From Deinococcales bacterium (GTDB lineage Bacteria; Deinococcota; Deinococci; Deinococcales; JAAFIG01): a DNA stretch of 64,000 bases. The position numbers and the translations under genes were made by a program. Shown piece by piece: positions 51,566 through 60,388 of the stretch. The DNA is taken from positions 1-64,000 of the forward strand of contig JAYWGM010000032.1 in NCBI GenBank assembly GCA_043778225.1, given 5' to 3'. The notes below the pieces were generated by a model. That model was not told the DNA's origin. It saw nothing but the letters and a program-made list of their open reading frames with translations, and made no database searches. Positions within the stretch are counted from its first letter, which is position 1; each line of letters starts with the position of its first letter.

Positions 51566-51640
51566 GGGCGGTTAGCTCAGTGGTAGAGCATTCGCTTCAC
51601 ACGCGAAGGGTCGCTGGTTCAAATCCAGTATCGCCCACCA
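51566..51640 (+). tRNA. tRNA-Val(CAC); its 3' half forms attL
   Basis: Cloverleaf GGGCGGT.../ATCGCCC-ACCA, anticodon loop TTCACAC, GGTTCAAATCC. Confidence 0.95.
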
Positions 51641-51645
51641 TACAG

Positions 51646-51679
51646 ACGCATTACTTGTAAAAATACGAGTAATGCGTTT
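51646..51679 (+). terminator. Terminator after tRNA-Val
   Basis: GACGCATTACTTGTA...TACGAGTAATGCGTTT. Confidence 0.7.
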
Positions 51680-51723
51680 GCTTATTATCCAAAGGTGAGC
51701 CTACTCACAATTGGCGGTTTCGC

Positions 51724-53295
51724 ATGACCCGCCGCTCGAGTTCCAAGACAGCCCCGAAGCTGGTTAATCAGGTGATCGATACTTTGATGATTCGCCTTAG
51801 CAAGAACGCCCAGCCTTCCCAGTGGCTGCGAGATGTTCAAAAACAGGTGATTGAGTACCGTGCCAAACTCGAGCAGAAACCAGACCTCGAGAAGTTGGTA
51901 ATTCAACACCCGGACCTTGGCAGCTTGACGGTATATGCTCGTACCGGTGGTCATTATGACTTTGGCTTGTCGAATCCTAAAATCTGTGAAATCAAAGTCT
52001 GGAATCCTGACAAGTGGGATAAAGCTGTTGCTGGTCAGACTGGACAGTTTTACATCACCTTTCGTTCTGAGTTCTTGCAATTCAAAGGCACACAAGCCGC
52101 CATAGAGTACCTAGGGTTGCTCGAGGCGGTCATGTGCAGCCCTGAACCGCTCGAGGTGCTAGAAATGCCTAGAGGTGTCTCGCCTGACTTCTGGCGTGTC
52201 TCAAACATAGACTTAACGGTAGATACCCAAGAACCTCGAGGTATGAAGTGGTCAGACCTTGACCTGTATACTTGCCGCTCTAAAAAACGGGATGCTTTTA
52301 AGAAACTGATGCTCGAGGGCATTTTTGATAGAATGATTCGGGACACCAAAAAAGCCCCCCCAAGGAATAACAAGGGGGGTGGAAACGGAAACGCAAAACC
52401 AAACCCACACGCCCCACACGAACAGAATCTAATACTCCATTCCGTTTCCCTAAAAAGTAAGGTTGCTGAATTAGCGGCGGTTCGGAATATAGACACGGAC
52501 AATTTGACATGGGTACTCGAGCGAACCCTAAGCGGTGTTGGTTTTGACCCAGACTTGGGCGAAGTCACACGGGTTGTGAGTAATGGCTCGAGTGAACTTC
52601 AAACCGTGTATTTTGGGCGTTACCAAAGCCCATTGTTTGCAAGGCGTTACGATAAACTTAACGCTCTTGCTGTGCATGGCAAAGAATTTATGCGTGATGT
52701 CTGGCTTCAAAATGGTTGGGATGGTGAATCACCCGTTTGGCGGACTGAGTTTAGGCTGTCAGGTGACTTCCTACGTGCCATAGAAATAGATGGCGCAGTG
52801 CTTGACCTGCGAGATTTTGGGATGTGCTTACTGGCAATCCCTAGACTCTGGCAGTACCTGACCCATGAATGGCTGGTACACCATACAGGTAGCCCTTACA
52901 ATGTCAGTCACGATGCAATCAGAAAACGCCCAGCCTCGGAACTTTGGACAATTATTCAAGGCGCTCATAACGCGGGTGAGGCTGGAATTGTCAGAGCGAA
53001 ACAAGAACCTAAGCCGATTCTCGAGCAGTTACAAGCCCAAGTCAAAGGTGTTACTACAAGCCTGTTAGCCAAAATGGACAGCCCAAGGTTTAGGCGTTCA
53101 ATCAATACTGTGACAGGTGAGGTTTTTGACCCTCTGACCGAATTTATAACCAGTATTGCCAAGTATTTTGGCTCAGATGAAGGTGCAAGCAAAATTAAAG
53201 CCCGTCAAATTTACTTGGGGCTTGACCCACTGAGCGACACTGCCTTATCTAATCTCGCTCGAGCCGAAATCATGGCGCTTGGGCGCGGGTCATGA
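51724..53295 (+). CDS. Rep_trans-like rolling-circle replication initiator / relaxase
   Basis: RVSNIDLTVD, TVYFG..QSP...RRYDK, VWRTEFRL. Confidence 0.75.
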   Translation: MTRRSSSKTAPKLVNQVIDTLMIRLSKNAQPSQWLRDVQKQVIEYRAKLEQKPDLEKLVIQHPDLGSLTVYARTGGHYDFGLSNPKICEIKVWNPDKWDKAVAGQTGQFYITFRSEFLQFKGTQAAIEYLGLLEAVMCSPEPLEVLEMPRGVSPDFWRVSNIDLTVDTQEPRGMKWSDLDLYTCRSKKRDAFKKLMLEGIFDRMIRDTKKAPPRNNKGGGNGNAKPNPHAPHEQNLILHSVSLKSKVAELAAVRNIDTDNLTWVLERTLSGVGFDPDLGEVTRVVSNGSSELQTVYFGRYQSPLFARRYDKLNALAVHGKEFMRDVWLQNGWDGESPVWRTEFRLSGDFLRAIEIDGAVLDLRDFGMCLLAIPRLWQYLTHEWLVHHTGSPYNVSHDAIRKRPASELWTIIQGAHNAGEAGIVRAKQEPKPILEQLQAQVKGVTTSLLAKMDSPRFRRSINTVTGEVFDPLTEFITSIAKYFGSDEGASKIKARQIYLGLDPLSDTALSNLARAEIMALGRGS

Positions 53296-53328
53296 TTTTG
53301 GCTTGAGTGACTGGCAAAGCTAAAAAGC

Positions 53329-53754
53329 CTAAGAATGCTCGAGCATTGCCAAAAACGTTGTCGGGTCAATCACAGCAGTCTGTCCAATGTTCCCCAGTGG
53401 CAACAAATGGCGCTTATCACTGCTCACAAGATAGTCAGCTTGCCCATTGATTGCCATGCTTAACAGGTACACGTCTTTGCGGTCTGGAATGCTTGGCTCG
53501 AGTCCAGTTGTGAAAGGACTAACTTCTGTACCTAACGTTTTAATCTGGCTTATCAGCGTTTCGACTCGAGCGCTTTTAAGTCGGGTAATCAGCTTGGGAT
53601 ATGTGGCTACTTCCCGAATCTCAAAGAACTGGTAATCGCTGTACAGCAATACAAACGCCCCACCCATCCAATAATCAAGTATCAAACCCTTTTCGGCTTG
53701 TGGGGCGAGTAAAGCAGAGATAAAAACATTGGTATCCAGAATGACGCGCTTCAT
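53329..53754 (-). CDS. PIN-domain toxin
   Basis: VILDTNVFISA, DRKD, ADYLVSSDKRHLL. Confidence 0.9.
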   Translation of the reverse strand: MKRVILDTNVFISALLAPQAEKGLILDYWMGGAFVLLYSDYQFFEIREVATYPKLITRLKSARVETLISQIKTLGTEVSPFTTGLEPSIPDRKDVYLLSMAINGQADYLVSSDKRHLLPLGNIGQTAVIDPTTFLAMLEHS

Positions 53755-53981
53755 GCAGTGCCACGAATGGCGGCTAGAGCTTCTTCGGCTAAGGCATCGG
53801 CTTGCTCTGGCGTTAAATCCGCGTTTGCTTCGTCTGGCTCGAGAATAATAAGGCGGTTGCGTTCAATCGCTTCTAAAGCTGTGAATGCTCTGGTCATGGC
53901 ATCTTCTCGGGTCATACCTCGAGTGCTGCGAATCGCATCTAAGCGGCTTAGGTTGTCGGGTGAGACTTCAATCAGTGGCAT
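53751..53981 (-). CDS. Putative RHH-like antitoxin
   Basis: Small ORF MPLIEVSP... overlapping the PIN start (ATGA); acidic C-terminus. Confidence 0.65.
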   Translation of the reverse strand: MPLIEVSPDNLSRLDAIRSTRGMTREDAMTRAFTALEAIERNRLIILEPDEANADLTPEQADALAEEALAAIRGTA

Positions 53982-54178
53982 GGATGAATTGTATAACAGC
54001 TTGCTCGAGGTGTCTGTATTCCCTCGCGGCGGTGGTTGTTCACAAGTGCGCGGTCCAGTCTGTCCGGGCGCTCGAGTCTCATGAGTCAAAACCCCTAGGC
54101 GAAGTTAAGACAATTGCGTTCGATGCTGAGACAAATCCAGCCGGATAACTTGCTGCTCGAGCAAGTAAACTTGCAAAT

Positions 54179-54421
54179 ATGCAGACCAAAACTTTTACTC
54201 ATACCCAAAAGCGAAGCAAGCGCGTGGTTGTAATTTACGATGTTCCTATAAGTCGAACGTTACCCGATGGCACAGAGCTTTTAAGTATGCCCATTGCAGA
54301 ACAAGTTGATAGCCTACTGAATCGCGCTCTAGCTCTTGGGATGCCTAGAGTTGAATTATGGTTTATAGTAAAAACTAAATCCAGTAAAAAAATCGATGCT
54401 AAGACAAATCCAGTCGAATAA
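54179..54421 (+). CDS. Hypothetical protein
   Basis: 80-aa ORF; TAAACT 7 nt before ATG. Confidence 0.5.
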   Translation: MQTKTFTHTQKRSKRVVVIYDVPISRTLPDGTELLSMPIAEQVDSLLNRALALGMPRVELWFIVKTKSSKKIDAKTNPVE

Positions 54422-54482
54422 CCCTAAGACGGTTACTGCTGCGTGGCTGTGGTTTGCTGCTCGAGCGAGTAAACTTATAAAT

Positions 54483-54647
54483 ATGCAAAACACAAATATC
54501 AAACAAGCATGGGCAAAACTGGCATTACTGGTTGGTGCGGTGGTCGTTGTAAAGGTTGTGGTCTCAAAAATGCCACCAATTGCCAAAGGTTTGACGGGTC
54601 AGGTTCTCGAGCGTAGCTTATCAGGCATTATGCAAAAAATTGTATAG
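54483..54647 (+). CDS. Small hydrophobic hypothetical protein
   Basis: 54 aa with one hydrophobic segment; TAAACT just upstream. Confidence 0.45.
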   Translation: MQNTNIKQAWAKLALLVGAVVVVKVVVSKMPPIAKGLTGQVLERSLSGIMQKIV

Positions 54648-54741
54648 ATTCTCGATATTTTGCCCATAAATTGTATAAATATGCAAAAAACTACATACTC
54701 GAGCCTGTTGTAAGCTGTTTCATGATTTCTCGAGTTTTTGT

Positions 54742-55020
54742 GTGCGGTGGTTGCCAGTGAAGCCAGTAATTGCCGTACTTGGCTTGGCGGTCAATCCAAT
54801 TGTTGATGAGTTCATAGAGTGGGGTAAGCAACTCGAGGCAATCAGCAACAAACTAAAACAGATGCGGCGAAAGCACCCCAAGCGCGAGGACTTAGAAATA
54901 GAGTTCTCCATTCTGCTGATGCACATAGAGATACGCTCGAGGTGCTTGCAAGAAACAATTGACGAAGTGGAAGAAGCAGAATACGAAAAACGCAAAAAGA
55001 AGAAAAAGAAAGCCAAATAA
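54742..55020 (+). CDS. Hypothetical protein with Lys-rich tail
   Basis: Helical ORF ending KRKKKKKKAK; start uncertain. Confidence 0.45.
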   Translation: MRWLPVKPVIAVLGLAVNPIVDEFIEWGKQLEAISNKLKQMRRKHPKREDLEIEFSILLMHIEIRSRCLQETIDEVEEAEYEKRKKKKKKAK

Positions 55021-55270
55021 AACACGGTATACACCGACTCTGGACACGTTTTTTCTGGTGTCGAACGTGCGAGACCGTTAAATGGATTGACCGTGATTTT
55101 TACATGGTCAATCTATTTTTAACCTAAAATTCTTGGCACGGTTTACCAATTTGGCGTTTATGCCTGTTTACGCTTTGCAAACACACGAAGCATAGTAACC
55201 GTATATTCTGCGTGCTACACAATAGGTACTTAAAATCGTTTACCCGTGCAGTACCAGTAAACTCGAGCGT

Positions 55271-55753
55271 TTACGGCTTAGAATTCGATTGCTTTTGAAG
55301 CTCGAGTAAAGCCTGTTCTTTGGTTATGCCATTTCTTATAAAATCCCAAAATTGGAAACGTTGTTCTTGATTAAATGGCTGTAAATACTCAGGTACACGA
55401 CTTTTTGACTTGTCCCTGTACTCATCCAAAGAAACCCCTTTATCTCTAGCTGTCAAATGGTCAGACCAAGCACTTACGAGCCTACTAAGTTCAGCCGTTT
55501 TGTTTGTGATTCGTTGGCGGTACTCCTTCCAGTTTGAAGGTGGTGGTTCGTCTATTTCAAAAAGTACGCCTACTGGCATTTGGCGGGTATCCGAAGAATT
55601 AAAAACCTTCAAACGAACATACTCAGAAATAGTTAAGCCCTGCTCTTCTGCAATAATCTCCAGATACTCTCTAGCTTCTGGGGAAATTGTCAAACTTATT
55701 TGATTTCTTGGACTAGCTGCTCGAGGTCGTCCTATTTTTCCATTTTTGGTCAT
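55271..55753 (-). CDS. Putative repressor (RHH/Arc-like N-terminus)
   Basis: GRP...QISLTISPEAREYLEIIAEEQGLTISEYVR; divergent from the rightward operon. Confidence 0.65.
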   Translation of the reverse strand: MTKNGKIGRPRAASPRNQISLTISPEAREYLEIIAEEQGLTISEYVRLKVFNSSDTRQMPVGVLFEIDEPPPSNWKEYRQRITNKTAELSRLVSAWSDHLTARDKGVSLDEYRDKSKSRVPEYLQPFNQEQRFQFWDFIRNGITKEQALLELQKQSNSKP

Positions 55754-55767
55754 ACACACCAGAATAC

Positions 55768-55858
55768 TGTTTTGCACCTCAAAAAATACTTTAAGAGTTG
55801 CATTTTTACTTTTTGAGGTGTAATGTAATCGCATCTCAAAAAACGTAAACGAGATGCA
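55768..55858. promoter_or_regulatory. Operator repeats of the element's divergent switch
   Basis: GCA(C/T)CTCAAAAA at 55774 and 55831, with inverted copies TTTTGAGGTG and GAGATGC. Confidence 0.6.
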
Positions 55859-56014
55859 AGTGAATAATCGAGTAGTGAAAACACAAGTTTATTAAGTCCT
55901 AGAAACATTTTTTCCTGTATCGAACGCTCGAGTCAAGCGTGACATTTCTCAACTGATATACGAAACTGGTCTCTAGGCAAAAACGTAAACCAATTCAGAT
56001 AAGGAGTAACAAAA

Positions 56015-56266
56015 ATGGCGCATACAAGAATTTGTAAAGTCCCTGACGCAGTTCACAGGCGCGTTATGGCACTTTCGGAAGAAAAAGGAATCACTTTCGC
56101 GGCTGCGCTCGAGGTTCTGCTTGAACGTGGCGAGGCAGCACTTGCAGAACTCGAGGCGCGTGGTCATCGGATGCGCCCATTACCCCCACTTACGCCTAAG
56201 AATCTCGGCTTAAATTCGTCCGTGAATGGTTTTAACCGTTCTGCATCTCGTTCAATCAATTTTTAA
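56015..56266 (+). CDS. RHH/CopG-like DNA-binding protein
   Basis: ICKVPDAVHRRVMALSEEKGITFAAALEVLL; AAGGAG RBS. Confidence 0.65.
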   Translation: MAHTRICKVPDAVHRRVMALSEEKGITFAAALEVLLERGEAALAELEARGHRMRPLPPLTPKNLGLNSSVNGFNRSASRSINF

Positions 56267-56274
56267 GGAGTTGT

Positions 56275-56949
56275 ATGGCTAAACTTGTTTATCCTGAAAG
56301 TATCGAAGCCCGTGCGCTTGAGTACAAAAATAGTGGTTATAGCGCCCAAGAAACCCTGTACGGTTTGCAAGCTGATTATCCAAACTTGGCAAGTCAAATC
56401 AGGCTCGAGAATGATTCTGTCCTTCCGCCCCTCACCCCAAAGGGTCAGCCATTGTCAGGTGTTGGTATTGCTGCCGATGCTCTCGCCCAAGCCCTCGAGA
56501 AGGTCTACTTCAAAGGGCGCGAGGATGTGCAGCAGGACATCAAAATAGAAGAGCAAGAACAAAGAATCGAAGAACTCGAGGCGCAACAAATGACCCTCGA
56601 GGGTTTGGCTCGGGCTGCTCTGAGTGGTCAAGTTAATCACTTGCAACAACACCAAGCCTTAGAAGATGGCACAATCAAAAGGCTGTCCCCTGCTGATTCG
56701 CTCATGGCAATTATTGCCGAACTCGAGAACGCTGGACTTGACCCTCAATCTATTATTGCATCGCTTCCCAGTGGTGCAAAAGGTTTTGCCGAGAAGCGCT
56801 TAAAGGGCTTGCCCACCACACAAGCCGATGAACAAGCGCTCGAGGATGACCAAGCAGAATTCGACGAAGAAATTGAACAAGAAGAATACGATGCTGCTGC
56901 TAAACGGTTTAACGAGTTTGCAAAACAAAAAGAGAAGGGTCTCAAGTGA
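56275..56949 (+). CDS. Acidic coiled-coil hypothetical protein
   Basis: AAGGAG RBS; coupled to neighbours. Confidence 0.7.
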   Translation: MAKLVYPESIEARALEYKNSGYSAQETLYGLQADYPNLASQIRLENDSVLPPLTPKGQPLSGVGIAADALAQALEKVYFKGREDVQQDIKIEEQEQRIEELEAQQMTLEGLARAALSGQVNHLQQHQALEDGTIKRLSPADSLMAIIAELENAGLDPQSIIASLPSGAKGFAEKRLKGLPTTQADEQALEDDQAEFDEEIEQEEYDAAAKRFNEFAKQKEKGLK

Positions 56950-57236
56950 ACACCTTGAATGTTGACCCAAAAACGGCGGCTATGGTGGTAGTCGCCGCCA
57001 AAAAAGCGGGTGCTGCTCAAGCCCTCGAGACTGGCAAACTCGAAGGTAAAAGCACAGGCTTAACTTTTGGCTTTGCTGCTGCTGGATTGCTTGGCGTGGC
57101 AGCCGTTGCTTTTGTTGTTCTGCAAAATAAACAAAGCAACGACAAAAAAGAAGCCGACAATCAAAAGCAGTACACGGCAGCCCTCGAGAATCGGGTTATG
57201 CGAATTCCAGAGGAACAAAAACGGGCGTACCTATGA
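56946..57236 (+). CDS. Single-TM hypothetical protein
   Basis: Hydrophobic FGFAAAGLLGVAAVAFVVL; GTGA overlap. Confidence 0.65.
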   Translation: MNTLNVDPKTAAMVVVAAKKAGAAQALETGKLEGKSTGLTFGFAAAGLLGVAAVAFVVLQNKQSNDKKEADNQKQYTAALENRVMRIPEEQKRAYL

Positions 57237-57409
57237 CCCTAGAGTCTATCAAAGTTGGTATGACTGTTTTTAGTGGCTTAGGCAAGGCGTACAAAGTTCT
57301 CGAGGTGGATAAAAAGCAGCGCTTCCCTGTTCTTGTGCAGAGCTTGACCAATGGCACGACAGGACGCTTTTCACCCTCGAGTCTGCACATTCAAAAGGCG
57401 GCGTATTGA
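57233..57409 (+). CDS. 58-aa hypothetical protein (KOW/SH3-like pattern), absent from the ORF track
   Basis: MTLESIKVGMTVFSGLGKAYKVLEVD...; ATGA overlap fills the operon gap. Confidence 0.6.
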   Translation: MTLESIKVGMTVFSGLGKAYKVLEVDKKQRFPVLVQSLTNGTTGRFSPSSLHIQKAAY

Positions 57410-57411
57410 CT

Positions 57412-57744
57412 ATGCCAATGCTTGAAAGCCCAAGAATTTATTACGAAGGTCGAATCTTGTTTTGGTTGGCACAATATGGTAAAGCCAACGGCAAAAAACT
57501 CGCAAAGCAAATGTCACTCGAAACCGTTACCAGTTCTACAACTTTTTCCTTACTAAAATCTTTAGTTAAAGTTGGGAAAATTGAAATTGTCAAAAAAGGT
57601 AGTGAACCACATCTAAATGTGTATGCTTTAAGCTCTAAAAAGCCAGTAAAAGATGAAGCCAGAAAATCAAATACACCTTTTAAGCAATCGGTTGCCAAAC
57701 CAAAAGGCGGCGGTTTTTTTGCGCGTTTGTTTCGTGGTCGTTAA
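57412..57744 (+). CDS. Winged-helix protein with C-terminal amphipathic helix
   Basis: ILFWLAQYG...LAKQM...LKSLVKVGKIE...YAL; ends GGGFFARLFRGR. Confidence 0.6.
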   Translation: MPMLESPRIYYEGRILFWLAQYGKANGKKLAKQMSLETVTSSTTFSLLKSLVKVGKIEIVKKGSEPHLNVYALSSKKPVKDEARKSNTPFKQSVAKPKGGGFFARLFRGR

Positions 57745-57828
57745 TTCGTCCTCTCACCCGTATTGACGGTGCAAAGAAAAGACCACGCTCTACATACCTT
57801 GCCGGGTAAGCGTGGTCAAAAGGAAACT

Positions 57829-58155
57829 ATGAATACTGTAGCCGAAAATCATCAAAATATCAACTCTGTCTTTACACCTGAACAGCAAGAAGCCTTTGAA
57901 AATCTTGCTCGAGCCATGCGTTACTTTAATAAAAATGCGCTTCATGGTTGCCCAACAATCAAGGATTCTGATAATCTCGAGGCTTCGATATATCGCGTTA
58001 TTGCGTTACTAAGCGGCGCTTCGGATAATCATCATATTAAAGCGATGGCTCTGAAAGCCTTTGCTGATGCTTTGCGTCTGGCTAACCTCGAGTCCCTGAG
58101 CGGTTCGCGCACTTCCGAAGATAGCCCACTGTTTGGAGGTGCTGCCCATGTCTAA
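57829..58155 (+). CDS. Hypothetical protein
   Basis: AAGGA RBS; overlaps the next ORF. Confidence 0.6.
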   Translation: MNTVAENHQNINSVFTPEQQEAFENLARAMRYFNKNALHGCPTIKDSDNLEASIYRVIALLSGASDNHHIKAMALKAFADALRLANLESLSGSRTSEDSPLFGGAAHV

Positions 58156-58558
58156 CTTTCTTGGTTTAGTGGTCGGTACACAACCAACAGCATCGTCTGA
58201 AAATTCATTTACTGCTTTTACCTCAGTCATTCCAGATGTTGACTCGAGTTTCTTTAGGCGTGGTGTGTTCTCTCGCCATGCGGGTTTCTTGACCATCCCA
58301 CGTACTGCCGATGTAACGGCACTGACAGAACAGTTTGACTCTTGGTTGCGTGTCCATCCTGATGTCCGAATCTGGAAAAGCATTTGTGAAATCCATTCAA
58401 AATCAGCTTTGTTTGTCCTGTATATCTCGAGTGAAACATCAAAAACACACTTAAAAGAAGCCTTAAAAAGTTTGTGCATTCACTTAAAAACACAAAAGTA
58501 TTTACAGTCTGGTTGCCGTTGGATAAATGTGCTTGACCGGGGAGTTGAAATAGAATGA
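58148..58558 (+). CDS. Hypothetical protein
   Basis: GGAGG RBS; coupled operon. Confidence 0.55.
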   Translation: MSNFLGLVVGTQPTASSENSFTAFTSVIPDVDSSFFRRGVFSRHAGFLTIPRTADVTALTEQFDSWLRVHPDVRIWKSICEIHSKSALFVLYISSETSKTHLKEALKSLCIHLKTQKYLQSGCRWINVLDRGVEIE

Positions 58559-58737
58559 GTAAGCCTGCCCGTATCCCTGCCATTGTCATCCGTGCCGATT
58601 GGCAAGCCGAAAATCTCGAGCAGAAAGCCCTCGAGCGTCAAGAAGCCCGTCTCGAGTTTCGCCGTGAATTGGCAACCCTCGAGCGTGAAGAACTGAGAAT
58701 TGAAAAACTTGAGGACGAATCTGAGGTGTCACCATGA
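58555..58737 (+). CDS. Small charged hypothetical protein
   Basis: ATGA overlaps on both sides; GGGAG RBS. Confidence 0.55.
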   Translation: MSKPARIPAIVIRADWQAENLEQKALERQEARLEFRRELATLEREELRIEKLEDESEVSP

Positions 58738-59114
58738 CCCGTGCTGTTATGGCGTTGCTGCTGGCTGGTACGCCCCTGTGCATTGCTGCTCGAGCGGCAC
58801 AGGCTTGTGATTGCGATGATTGCGGTAAGCGTTCGTCTGGCTTGGCTCGAGGCTCAATCAGTGCCTTTAATCGCTTTGGTGTGGCTGTTCTCCATTACTG
58901 CCCTACTTGCACCAAACAAGCCCCGCCTTTGCTGAGTTTGTATGGTCTGAATGCTGTTTATATCAAGTCTGCCAAAGACCAGACTTTCAAGCCGTTGCCT
59001 GTCTCTGCCCCAGAACCAAAAGCCATTCAAAAAATCAACAGGAAAACCCAGTTTAGGCGCTTACAAGAACTTGGTCATGGCTTCCCGTGGCAACGTCAAA
59101 GGCGTTACTCATGA
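58734..59114 (+). CDS. Hypothetical protein with CxxC...CxxC (possible Zn ribbon)
   Basis: CDDC and CPTC; GAGG RBS; ATGA-coupled to the integrase. Confidence 0.55.
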   Translation: MTRAVMALLLAGTPLCIAARAAQACDCDDCGKRSSGLARGSISAFNRFGVAVLHYCPTCTKQAPPLLSLYGLNAVYIKSAKDQTFKPLPVSAPEPKAIQKINRKTQFRRLQELGHGFPWQRQRRYS

Positions 59115-60217
59115 CCAAACGCATTCTTAAAAATCAGAACAATCCAAAATCCAAAGCCTTATCTGTTGTGGATTCGTCACCCTCGAGTATTTACGGGCGT
59201 GGTGCAGCCGATAGAGTCGCGGGTCTAACGACTTTACAGCGTGGTGTTTTGCCTACGCCTCAAATGCTGCTTGGTGTTTGGCTCGAGCATTTTGTGACTT
59301 CCGAGACCCACACCCAGACCCGTAGCACCAAGGTCAATGCAAGGTCTTATCTAAAGCGAATCCTGCCCGAATTAGGCGGGGTTCGTTTGGGTACAATTAA
59401 CCCGCTTATGTTGCGTTCGTTTATGGATTCAATCACCGATTTTTCGGGTAGTACCCAGCAGAAAATCCATGGCTTACTGAAACGTGCCTTGCAAGATGTG
59501 GTTAATCTCGAGGTGTTGGCACGTAACCCGATGAATGCGGTTAAACGTCCAAAGCTAAAACCAGTCAATGAGACTGAACCGCTCGAGCCTGAACAGGTCG
59601 AGAAACTGGTGAAGCTCTTAGTCGGTCATCGGCTCGAGTTGCTGTTTCATCTTTGCTTGGCGTGTGGCTTACGAATCGGTGAGGCGTGTGCTTTGTGTTG
59701 GGATAATCTGCGCGGGTCGGTTCTGCAAGTCAACCACACCTTAAATCGTTTGTACTCTAAGCAAAATGGCGAAAAACTCTTCCATCCTGCCAAGTCGGGT
59801 AGCGCTCGAGAATTGCGTTTAGATACTGGCACACTGGCATTGTTTGCCCAGCACAAAGCCCAACAAGACCAAGAACAAAAACACCAAGGTTTGGGCTTTA
59901 ATCCATTTGCTTTGGTCTTTGTGTCTACCACTGGCACACCTTTGGATGCCAAGAATTTTTATAACCGTGTGTTTAGAGACCTTCTCGAGCAAGCTGGACT
60001 ACGCGCCCAAGGAACTCACGCCATGCGTAAAACCTATGCCACTTTGGCGGCGGTGATGCTACCGATTCAGGATGTACAGCAAAGACTCGGACACAAAGAC
60101 CCGCGTATGACTTTGCGGGTTTATGCCAAGAATCAGGCACGGCGAAATGTCAAAGCAGCTATTCCACTGTCTGAACTGATTGCAGCTTCAAAGATTGACG
60201 AGGATACGAATGTTTAG
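59111..60217 (+). CDS. int: Tyrosine recombinase/integrase
   Basis: GLRIGE, AKS, HAMR, LGH...TLRVY catalytic residues; adjacent to attR. Confidence 0.93.
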   Translation: MTKRILKNQNNPKSKALSVVDSSPSSIYGRGAADRVAGLTTLQRGVLPTPQMLLGVWLEHFVTSETHTQTRSTKVNARSYLKRILPELGGVRLGTINPLMLRSFMDSITDFSGSTQQKIHGLLKRALQDVVNLEVLARNPMNAVKRPKLKPVNETEPLEPEQVEKLVKLLVGHRLELLFHLCLACGLRIGEACALCWDNLRGSVLQVNHTLNRLYSKQNGEKLFHPAKSGSARELRLDTGTLALFAQHKAQQDQEQKHQGLGFNPFALVFVSTTGTPLDAKNFYNRVFRDLLEQAGLRAQGTHAMRKTYATLAAVMLPIQDVQQRLGHKDPRMTLRVYAKNQARRNVKAAIPLSELIAASKIDEDTNV

Positions 60218-60296
60218 TATTTTGGGGTCATGGTTGGGCGTGGGTTTTTCTCACGTCACACAAGCAATTTTCCAATACTATATAAAAGTAAAGCAT

Positions 60297-60341
60297 TTCA
60301 CACGCGAGAGGTCGTAGGTTCAAATCCTATACCGCCCACCA
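60297..60341 (+). repeat. attR: displaced 3' half of tRNA-Val
   Basis: TTCACACGCGAGAGGTCGTAGGTTCAAATCCTATACCGCCCACCA. Confidence 0.9.
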
Positions 60342-60345
60342 TTTC

Positions 60346-60374
60346 AAGGACACACTCTTTCGGTGCGTCCTTTT
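60346..60374 (+). terminator. Likely original tRNA terminator
   Basis: AAGGACACAC...GTGCGTCCTTTT. Confidence 0.6.
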
Positions 60375-60388
60375 AATTTCTCGAGCCG

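Larger units (their letters stand above)
51596..60341. mobile_element. ~8.7 kb integrated element in tRNA-Val
   Basis: Duplicated tRNA 3' half at both ends, tyrosine integrase next to attR, Rep initiator, TA pair. Confidence 0.9.

Noticed and set aside
51724..60217. Filamentous prophage (inovirus)
   Set aside because: Rep and small hydrophobic ORFs fit, but no pI/Zot-like ATPase or virion gene block was recognisable.
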